NCBI GenBank assembly: GCA_947085245.1
Contig: CAMTVU010000086.1
Span: forward strand, 9,393 to 73,392
Length of the DNA: 64,000 nt
DNA from: an uncultured Chitinophagaceae bacterium
GTDB lineage: Bacteria > Bacteroidota > Bacteroidia > Chitinophagales > Chitinophagaceae
Direction: 5' to 3'
Shown here: piece by piece, positions 57,314 to 64,000 of the stretch
Layout: every line of letters begins with the position of its first letter
Position numbering within the stretch: the stretch's first letter is position 1
Notes under the pieces: generated by a model
What the model was told of the DNA's origin: nothing
Seen by the model: only the letters and a program-made list of their open reading frames with translations
Databases searched by the model: none
Made by a program: the position numbers and the translations under genes

Positions 57314-57667
57314 CTAACAGTGAATAAAGAGTTCTTCCTTTGGGGAAGGGATAGATTGAATAAGCCTGAAAAGTTGTTCAGTATCTGCAACATCAGTCAT
57401 TCGCATTTTACCGTCTTCTGCTGTCATTTTCAACTGTCCGATTTTTTCGGACAGTTCACTTCCTTCTTTTTTCAATTTGATTTTTAAGTCACTCCAGTAT
57501 TTTCGTGGCCGGTCGCTATTCGTTAATGCTTCAATAACATCAATAATTGAGATATACCATTTTTCCTGTTCAGCATCCCAAATAGTTGTATGGCGTTTTC
57601 TTGTTTCATTGTATTCAGTTTTTTGCTCCCTTGTTGTTATAAACATCAGGTAAACTAAGTTAGGCAA
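57314..57667 (-). pseudogene. Truncated Bro-N / phage-antirepressor-type gene (N-terminal domain only)
   Basis: ...IWDAEQEKWYISIIDVIEALTNSDRPRKYWSDLKIKLKKEGSEL...DGKMRMTDVADTEQLFRLIQSIPSPKEE matches a family I recall as considerably longer. Here the frame ends ...ELFIHC*. Confidence 0.55.
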
Positions 57668-57715
57668 AATTATTTTTCATTGATGGTAACAGGAAACAAC
57701 GGCATGTTTTTACTT

Positions 57716-57863
57716 GCGGTCTCCCGACCTGTGTTATGCCGTTACTTAATTTGCTTATACAAGCAAATTGATATGTAAGGCTTGCCCTTTTATTGGGAAA
57801 GAAGAAATGGGCAAGCTAAGTGACTGTTAGGCATCAGGTCGGGAGACCTGCGCCAGACTGAGT
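57716..57863. repeat. Structured ~150-nt element, copy A (left arm shortened)
   Basis: Identical to 58394-58529 except for 1 mismatch. Supplies the last 9 codons and the TGA of the ORF at 57834-58280. Confidence 0.85.
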
Positions 57864-58280
57864 TGATTTATTTAAGTAAAATTGTTTTTCTATTTTGTCT
57901 ACTGTGTCTGCAAGTTGTTTTTTCAAATCAGTAGTGTCAATATAAACAATTTTGAAATCACTTATTCCTGAAACAGTTGTTGAATGCTCTTTGTCTTTTT
58001 GTCGAATATAAATTACTATTTTTCCTTTCGCTTTTGCATAGCCTACTTCTATTCCAATTCCAATTCCTTTCTCTGATGTCTCGGCAAGTAATATATCACA
58101 ATTGTCTATGTCAACCATTGCTTGTTTCATCATTTGTCTCTCTTGAATCAAGTCAAATTGGTAATTGTCAACAAATACAAATGAAGAAATTCTAAACTCG
58201 TTTAATGTGTCCACAATTGCAGTAATTTCTTTGTCTACCAATTTTCTCTTACTAAAACTTACTGAAATATATGCGTTCAT
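57834..58280 (-). CDS. Nucleoside 2-deoxyribosyltransferase / DNPH1-like fold protein (orphan)
   Basis: 148 aa. CDILLAETSEKGIGIGIEVGYAKAKGKIVIYI resembles the ...DSGTAFEIGYAYALGKPV... catalytic-Glu motif. AT-rich. Confidence 0.6.
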   Translation of the reverse strand: MNAYISVSFSKRKLVDKEITAIVDTLNEFRISSFVFVDNYQFDLIQERQMMKQAMVDIDNCDILLAETSEKGIGIGIEVGYAKAKGKIVIYIRQKDKEHSTTVSGISDFKIVYIDTTDLKKQLADTVDKIEKQFYLNKSTQSGAGLPT

Positions 58281-58375
58281 AATTTTGAAAATATGTCATT
58301 CGTAGGGTCTGTCATAATATTGCCACCAACGACAGTTTGTGAAAAAACTCCTGCCGCCTTATAAATATACTGTTT

Positions 58376-58529
58376 CTGGCGCAGGCCTCCCGGCCTGTGT
58401 TATGCCGTTACTTAATTTGCTTATACAAGCAAATTGATATGTAAGGCTTACCCTTTTATTGGGAAAGAAGAAATGGGCAAGCTAAGTGACTGTTAGGCAT
58501 CAGGTCGGGAGACCTGCGCCAGACTGAGT
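58376..58529. repeat. Structured ~150-nt element, copy B (full 22-bp closing helix)
   Basis: CTGGCGCAGGCCTCCCGGCCTG ... CAGGTCGGGAGACCTGCGCCAG enclose two internal hairpins. Same orientation as copy A. Confidence 0.85.
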
Positions 58530-58808
58530 CAAAACAATAGCAGCTTTTCTGTCTGTCATACTAAATTTTGTTGTCAGAGTTCTGTTCAAATCTGTTGGGT
58601 GTATCAGTCAGGGTTGCACCTAAGGCTAATTTATGTTATAAAACGTACTCTTGCAAGAAAAGGGTAAATAGGAAATCAATCTTTTAATCTAATACATTTC
58701 AGATTGTCGTTAGGTCAATCACAACCTGTTATTTAAATTCTTTTATACCATAGAGAGTAAAGGAAGATGAAAAAAGCAACAACTATCTCAAATTCTTCAA
58801 AGCATACA

Positions 58809-59165
58809 TCACCCATTTCTCATTTTATAAATCACCACAAATGCAATAACAATGAGTACAAGAATAATGAACGTAGTAATAAGGATGAGTGATTGGTTGG
58901 GAAGTTCTCTCCGTTTTTTTCTTCTGCGTTGCTGCAGTTGTTTGTACAATTGTTTGTTGAGATCGGCAACAATAACATTTATTTTTTCTTTATTCTCCAG
59001 TTGGCTTAATCCTTCTTCTGCATCGGTAAGCATATCAGAAGCGGCAAGGCGCTGTTCTATTTCATGCCGTTCCTGGGCAGTAAGATTCCCCGCCAGGTAA
59101 TTCATCAATTCCTCTTCGCTGAGATCAGCCTGCTTTTTTAATATGTCGGGCAGCTTATCGCTCAT
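58809..59165 (-). CDS. Anti-sigma factor-like single-pass membrane protein
   Basis: 118 aa. Overlaps the upstream ECF sigma gene by 11 nt. C-terminal TM (LILITTFIILVLIVIAFVVIY). Confidence 0.6.
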   Translation of the reverse strand: MSDKLPDILKKQADLSEEELMNYLAGNLTAQERHEIEQRLAASDMLTDAEEGLSQLENKEKINVIVADLNKQLYKQLQQRRRKKRRELPNQSLILITTFIILVLIVIAFVVIYKMRNG

Positions 59166-59724
59166 TTTTTATTTGTTTCAGCAAAAGCGTTCTCAAGTTA
59201 CGCTTTCCGTTTTGAATATAACTCTTCACCTGCATCAGTGTAAATCCGGTTTGGTCTGCAATTTCTATATAACTTTTCTTTTGCAGGTAAAACTGTTCAA
59301 TGCAAATACGTTGATCGGGAATGAGTTCATGCAGGGAGTTGGCTAAGCGTTCCAGCAGTTCATCTTTCTGTAAATGTTCTGCATAGTTATTTTCTTCTGC
59401 CGGTGTGGCCATCATACGTTCTGTAATTTCCTTTGGCACTTTTCCTTTATCCCGCAGCTTCATGAGGCAATGATTTTTTGCCACCATGTAAATCCAGCTT
59501 TTAAAATAATCTACTTTATACTTACCCAGTTCCTGAATGCTTTTTTCAAATACCTGCTGCACGGCATCTTTGGCTTCTTCTTCGTTCTTTAAATATTTCA
59601 TGCACACACCAAACAGAAGCAGGGTGTAGCGTTGCAGCAGTATGCCCAGCCATTTGCTGTTGCCATCAGAATAATAATGGTTGAGTAATTCGTTATCGGG
59701 TATGGTTAACTGTGAGGAATGCAC
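59155..59724 (-). CDS. ECF-type RNA polymerase sigma-70 factor
   Basis: Region 2 (EEAKDAVQQVFEKS...SWIYMVAKNHCL) and region 4 (KKSYIEIADQTGFTLMQVKSYIQNGKRNL). Confidence 0.85.
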   Translation of the reverse strand: MHSSQLTIPDNELLNHYYSDGNSKWLGILLQRYTLLLFGVCMKYLKNEEEAKDAVQQVFEKSIQELGKYKVDYFKSWIYMVAKNHCLMKLRDKGKVPKEITERMMATPAEENNYAEHLQKDELLERLANSLHELIPDQRICIEQFYLQKKSYIEIADQTGFTLMQVKSYIQNGKRNLRTLLLKQIKNER

Positions 59725-59802
59725 AAACGGGGTTTACGAAAACAAGTTAGTTATTTTATCCAAGAGATGCACGGGCAAGCAAAATTCCATATATTCATTA
59801 AA

Positions 59803-60582
59803 ATGAATTTTGGGATGAGTAATAATGCCATCTGTATTGTTCCTGTTGCACCTGTACGCAAAGAGCGCCGGCACGAAGCGGAGATCACTTCGCAATTACT
59901 GTTTGGGGAGGCGGTTGAACTTATTTCTGCTCATGGTGATTGGGTGGAAGTGATGTGTGTGTATGACGGATACACGGGCTTTTGCATGCGGAATCAATTG
60001 ACAGAAGTGACTGAGGAAATTGCCATGCAGGACCAGGTGCCGTTAGTGAATACTTGGAGCGGTGTGATGATGGTAAATGATTTGCCCATGCATGTTCCGT
60101 TTGGAAGTGCAGTACCCGGTTTGCAAAACGGTGAAGCATTGTGGGGCAATAACAAAATAAGGAGCAGCAGCAAATTGGTAATGGAAGGCGCTTATTTGTT
60201 TGAGGAAGAAAGCATAAGGCAGGTAGCATTTACTTTTTTAAATACAGCCTATCTCTGGGGCGGACGAAGTGTGTTTGGAATTGACTGCAGCGGATTTGTA
60301 CAGGTGCTGATGCGTTTCTTTGGAAAAAAATTACCGAGAGATACAGCAAACCAGGCGATGGTAGGAGAGTATCTTGGTTTTTTGCAGGAAGCCAAATGCG
60401 GCGACCTTGCTTTTTTTGATGATGAAGATGGAAGGATCATTCATGCAGGATTGTTATTGAATGATCATGAAATTATTCATGCAGCCGGTAAAGTACGAAT
60501 TGATGATATTGATGGTGCAGGTATTTTGCACCGTGAAACCGGGTTACGTACACATCAGTTAAGAGTATTGAAACGGGTGTGA
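59803..60582 (+). CDS. NlpC/P60 (C40) peptidoglycan endopeptidase with SH3-like N-terminal domain
   Basis: YLWGGRSVFGIDCSGFVQVLM catalytic Cys block and ...HAGLLL...IIHA His block. Start chosen at MNFGMSNN to avoid overlap with the divergent sigma gene. Confidence 0.85.
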   Translation: MNFGMSNNAICIVPVAPVRKERRHEAEITSQLLFGEAVELISAHGDWVEVMCVYDGYTGFCMRNQLTEVTEEIAMQDQVPLVNTWSGVMMVNDLPMHVPFGSAVPGLQNGEALWGNNKIRSSSKLVMEGAYLFEEESIRQVAFTFLNTAYLWGGRSVFGIDCSGFVQVLMRFFGKKLPRDTANQAMVGEYLGFLQEAKCGDLAFFDDEDGRIIHAGLLLNDHEIIHAAGKVRIDDIDGAGILHRETGLRTHQLRVLKRV

Positions 60583-60839
60583 TAAGTTGCCACAAAGACA
60601 CGAAGGCGCAAAGGAATTTTATATTACCACAGATGCACAGATTAGAAGAAGGAAGTTATTTCAATACTGGTTACACGAAGAACACGGAGGGTTTCATCAG
60701 GTACACTAAGGGTAGAAAAACATATTCAAATTGATAGCTGCATTTTTTCCTTGTGTACTTAGCGCTTTCTTTGTTTGCTTTGTGAAACAGGTTTAAAATC
60801 TGCCTTCATCCGCATCAATCAGCGTCATCAGCGTTTCTA

Positions 60840-61241
60840 TCAAATGATTCCTTTCACCCAACTCACAATTGCTTTTTCCCAGCCAATCATTTTGAAAGCA
60901 GTATAAAATAAAAACACGGCAAATATTTTACGAACCGTTTCCTGGGGTAAACTCAAACTCCATTTGCTTCCCAGGTATCCACCTGCAATAAAAGCAACGG
61001 CAAGAATACCCACTACTTTTAAATCTACATGCCCGGCTTTGTAATAATTTAAAACAGCAAGGATGCCCGCCGGCAAGAGCAGTAAGCCCAATGATGTTCC
61101 CTGTGCGGTATGCTGGCCAAAGCCAAGAAAGAAAACAAGCGCAGGTACAATAATCAATCCGCCGCCAACACCAACCATTCCGCTTAACACACCTGCACAC
61201 AAACCAATAATCAAAATTGTTATGATGAGAGTTGTATCCAT
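60840..61241 (-). CDS. Short TSUP (TauE/SafE) family membrane protein
   Basis: GLCAGVLSGMVGVGGGLIIVPALVF motif, 4 TM. Start at MDTTLI (alternative at 61256). Confidence 0.7.
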   Translation of the reverse strand: MDTTLIITILIIGLCAGVLSGMVGVGGGLIIVPALVFFLGFGQHTAQGTSLGLLLLPAGILAVLNYYKAGHVDLKVVGILAVAFIAGGYLGSKWSLSLPQETVRKIFAVFLFYTAFKMIGWEKAIVSWVKGII

Positions 61242-61266
61242 TTTCTTTGTTTGCATGTGAAGAAAA

Positions 61267-61809
61267 TTAATCCTTGAATTTTTCTTTGTAATAAGCAATG
61301 GCTTCTTCAATAATTTTGTAAGCTTCTGCTTTGTCCTGGAAGTTATCAATCTCCACCACTTTATTTTCTAATTTTTTATATTCTTCAAAATAGTTTTTCA
61401 GTTCATGAATAAAATGTTCGGGTAATTCATTGATGTCTGTGATATGTTTTACGGTAGGATCTTTTGAAGCTACTGCAATGATCTTGTCATCCCGTTCGCC
61501 CTGGTCAATCATTTGCATATTGCCAATTACAGTTGCTTCTACCAAGCACAACGGATGAATGGATTGTGAACAGATGACAAGTATATCCAACGGGTCGCCA
61601 TCCTGTCCCAATGTTTGCGGAATAAAACCATAGTTCACGGGGTAGATGAAAGAAGAAAAGATCACACGGTCTAACTTCAGCAAACCGGTGTCTTTATCAA
61701 TTTCATATTTGCTGCGGCTGCCTTCAGGAATTTCAATAAGGGCTGTAACACGTTCCGGCGCTGCAGGTCCGTAAGAAGCGCCATGCCAGGGATGAAGTAC
61801 TGTGATCAT
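61267..61809 (-). CDS. ppa: Inorganic pyrophosphatase (family I)
   Basis: YPVNYGFIPQTLGQDGDPLDILV and DDKIIAV blocks. 180 aa. Confidence 0.92.
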   Translation of the reverse strand: MITVLHPWHGASYGPAAPERVTALIEIPEGSRSKYEIDKDTGLLKLDRVIFSSFIYPVNYGFIPQTLGQDGDPLDILVICSQSIHPLCLVEATVIGNMQMIDQGERDDKIIAVASKDPTVKHITDINELPEHFIHELKNYFEEYKKLENKVVEIDNFQDKAEAYKIIEEAIAYYKEKFKD

Positions 61810-61906
61810 ATAAATAAGTTATGAGTGATGAGTTATCAGTGATGAATTCAATGTTCGAAGGTAATGAGTTTTACCTGTGATGCTGCACAGCAATGCTGTA
61901 AACTGC

Positions 61907-63172
61907 TTATTCAAAATCTTTATAGATGAGATATTTTTTCCGTATTGCTTTAAAGTTACTCAATGCAGGCTCCCAGCTTTTGCGTATATCTTCTTCACTC
62001 TTATTTTCTTTCAGTTGTTGCATGAGTGTACTGTTGCCCGCAAGTTTGTTGAAAAAGAAATCTTCGGGTTTATTGGTAGCAGGTGTAATGAAAAATGCAT
62101 TTTTATCCGGAAACAATTTGTAAGCTTCCAGTAACCATTTCAACTGCACCCGGTGGTTTACCTCTTTCAGAACTTCTTCTTTTGTGCCGCTGAGGTCCCA
62201 GCCAAAACACAACTGATCCTGCAACTTGGGCGTTTTAGCGCCATCCATACTGTGTGGAGTAAAAGAAATCAATGTATTTGGTAAAGAAGGATGACCAAAA
62301 ATCTGAAACTGTTTGTTGGTTCCTCTTCCTTCACTCAACACCGTGCCTTCAAAAAAACAGGTAGAAGGGTAGAGCCAGATGGCTTGATTGTTGGGCAAAT
62401 TTGGCGATGGCTTCACCGGCAGTTCATACATGGTTGTATGTAAATACCCGGTGCAGGGAACAACTGTCATTTCAAACTTTCCGTTTCGCCCTGCCAGTTC
62501 ATAATATTTAGGAGCAAGCCACTCTTCTTCATAGATCATTTGTGCATATTCACCAATCGTCATACCATAAACAATGGGAACAGGTTGCATACCTACAAAT
62601 GATTTGAAGACGGGTTCAAGTACCGGGCCATCAACATAATGCCCATTGGGATTGGGGCGATCAAGAATAATTACACACTTGCCATTTTCCATGGCCGATT
62701 CAATATAATATTCAAGCGATGAAATGAAAGTATAGAAACGAACCCCCACATCCTGAATATCAAATAACATCACATCAACACCTGTAAGGTCTTCTTTTGA
62801 TGGCCTGCGTTTACTTCCGTAAAGTGATACAACGGGAATGCCTGTTTGCTGATCGGTATAGTTGCCAATTTTTTCACCTGCATCAGCCGTTCCTCTGAAA
62901 CCATGTTCGGGTGCAAAAATTACTTTGATGTTAACGCCGAGTTTTCTAAGTGTGTCAACGAGGTGCTTGTTTCCAACTATGGATGTTTGATTGGCAAAAA
63001 TGGCAACTCCTTTTCCTTTCAGCAAAGAAAGATATTGCTTCATGTTTTCAGCGCCGGTTTGGATTCCTGTTTCTTTGCCGGAGCCCCTGTTGTAATTGCT
63101 TTTTCCAAATTTAGCCTGGGCATTTGCAAAAAGGGAAAGAACGACTGCTAAAACGAGAAAAGCTTGCTTCAT
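61907..63172 (-). CDS. DUF1343-family protein (NamZ-like exo-beta-N-acetylmuramidase)
   Basis: Signal peptide. GVAIFANQTSIVG...IFAPEHGFRGTADAGE blocks are typical of DUF1343. Confidence 0.8.
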   Translation of the reverse strand: MKQAFLVLAVVLSLFANAQAKFGKSNYNRGSGKETGIQTGAENMKQYLSLLKGKGVAIFANQTSIVGNKHLVDTLRKLGVNIKVIFAPEHGFRGTADAGEKIGNYTDQQTGIPVVSLYGSKRRPSKEDLTGVDVMLFDIQDVGVRFYTFISSLEYYIESAMENGKCVIILDRPNPNGHYVDGPVLEPVFKSFVGMQPVPIVYGMTIGEYAQMIYEEEWLAPKYYELAGRNGKFEMTVVPCTGYLHTTMYELPVKPSPNLPNNQAIWLYPSTCFFEGTVLSEGRGTNKQFQIFGHPSLPNTLISFTPHSMDGAKTPKLQDQLCFGWDLSGTKEEVLKEVNHRVQLKWLLEAYKLFPDKNAFFITPATNKPEDFFFNKLAGNSTLMQQLKENKSEEDIRKSWEPALSNFKAIRKKYLIYKDFE

Positions 63173-63272
63173 TTTTTGTGATTGTGTTTCAAAGTTGCGG
63201 AATTGTAATGGTAAAAAAAAGTTAACGGAGAAGGTTCTAAATCCAATAAATTTGCAGGAAATTTTATAAAAT

Positions 63273-63725
63273 ATGCAACAGGCAAAAAAAGGTGATACCG
63301 TACGTGTGCATTACACCGGTAAATTAACAAGTGGTGAGCAGTTTGATTCAAGTACAGGCCGTGAGCCTCTTGAATTTGAAGTGGGTGCCGGTATGATGAT
63401 TAAAGGGTTTGATGATGCAGTGGTAGGCATGGCCATTGGTGATAAAAAAACGATTAATATACCTCCGCATGAAGCGTATGGCGAACGCAACGAAGAAATG
63501 ATGATTGAATTTCCCCGTTCTAACTTTCCGGATGATATGGCTCCTGAAACGGGCATGCAGTTGATGATGAATAACAGCGCCGGGCAACAATTTCCCGTGG
63601 TGATTGCTGAAGTAAAAGAAGAAGTGGTGATATTAGATGCCAATCATACCCTCGCTGGTAAAGAACTGGTGTTTGATATTGAAATAGTAGAGATTGATGC
63701 GAAAGGATTGATCATAATGCCGTAA
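63273..63725 (+). CDS. FKBP-type peptidyl-prolyl isomerase (SlyD-like, with insert-in-flap)
   Basis: [18 protein letters not shown]...[25 protein letters not shown] core. 150 aa. Confidence 0.88.
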   Translation: MQQAKKGDTVRVHYTGKLTSGEQFDSSTGREPLEFEVGAGMMIKGFDDAVVGMAIGDKKTINIPPHEAYGERNEEMMIEFPRSNFPDDMAPETGMQLMMNNSAGQQFPVVIAEVKEEVVILDANHTLAGKELVFDIEIVEIDAKGLIIMP

Positions 63726-63764
63726 ATAAAGTTTTTAGCCGATAGTAGTTAGTAGATACTAAAA

Positions 63765-63800
63765 GTCCACAGCAGAATTTTATTCAGCTGTGGACTTTTT
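63765..63800 (+). terminator. Rho-independent terminator, nested inside a larger palindrome (63736-63848)
   Basis: GTCCACAGC-13 nt-GCTGTGGAC followed by TTTTT. Outer arms are TAGCCGATAGTAGTTAGTAGAT / ATCTACTATCAACTAAAGACTATCGGCTA. Confidence 0.75.
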
Positions 63801-63856
63801 ATATTTTGCAGAATTACATATCTACTATCAACTAAAGACTATCGGCTAAACACTAT

Positions 63857-64000
63857 CTACTTCCTGCTCATCCACCAACCCAGCCAAACTCCCACCAATC
63901 CCCAGGAAGCAAGTGCATCAATAAGAAATGCATTGATATCATGAACGGGATACCAGATATGCCCGGTATATACTCCGTTTGTAAAACAAATAATTCCTAT
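63857..64000 (-). CDS. 3' end of an unidentified membrane-protein CDS (partial, continues beyond the window)
   Basis: The minus frame is open from 64000 to the stop at 63859-63857 (...ASWGLVGVWLGWWMSRK*). Confidence 0.35.
   Translation of the reverse strand: MGIICFTNGVYTGHIWYPVHDINAFLIDALASWGLVGVWLGWWMSRK

Noticed and set aside
57716-57863. Hammerhead-type ribozyme core, suggested by CCTGATGCC on the minus strand.
   Set aside because: It reads CUGAUGC rather than CUGAnGA. There is no correctly placed GAAA or stem II/III arrangement.
57716-58529. Reading the two ~150-nt elements flanking the NDT-like ORF as integron attC sites, that is, a gene cassette array without an integrase.
   Set aside because: The GTTAKGC (GTTRRRY-like) motifs are direct repeats within each element, not an inverse R''/R' pair. 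The 22-bp perfect closing helix extends beyond them. Only two copies are present and no integrase or attI is visible in the window.
57716-58529. Reading the structured elements as retron msr/msd or as a type III toxin-antitoxin RNA array.
   Set aside because: There is no reverse transcriptase ORF anywhere nearby. The repeats flank the gene rather than forming a tandem array upstream of it, and no terminator sits between repeat and ORF.

Overview
The window looks like a chromosomal segment of a Bacteroidota genome, probably Chitinophagaceae or Sphingobacteriia-like. Supporting evidence is a SusC/SusD pair, a T9SS C-terminal sorting domain, TAnnTTTG-type promoter boxes, several ECF sigma/anti-sigma pairs and many small palindromic intergenic elements.

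Most of the window is housekeeping:
- Metabolism and cofactors: NagB-LmbE fusion, UbiD-family decarboxylase and UbiX, PdxJ, AhcY, GcvP, FolK, deoxynucleoside kinase, inorganic pyrophosphatase.
- RNA and protein handling: Tex, QueG, cyclophilin-type and FKBP-type PPIases.
- Peptidoglycan recycling: AnmK and a NamZ-like DUF1343 protein.

I found one canonical-length tRNA-Arg(ACG), preceded by a degenerate tRNA-like paralog. I saw no rRNA, CRISPR array, transposase or integrase.

Accessory content:
- One intact RelE-type toxin-antitoxin pair, and one ParE-type pair whose toxin carries an in-frame stop.
- A collagen-like lipoprotein and a CHRD-CHRD-HYR T9SS protein.
- Several families of hairpin-built MITE-like elements, including a nested insertion with an empty-site control in the same window.

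The locus I would look at first is about 1.5 kb at 57.3-58.8 kb. It is AT-rich and holds an orphan nucleoside 2-deoxyribosyltransferase-like ORF bracketed by two copies of a ~150-nt highly structured element, next to a truncated Bro-N-type gene. A second oddity is a perfect 25-bp inverted repeat that exactly brackets the deoxynucleoside kinase ORF.

All functional calls come from reading motifs by eye. No database searches were run.
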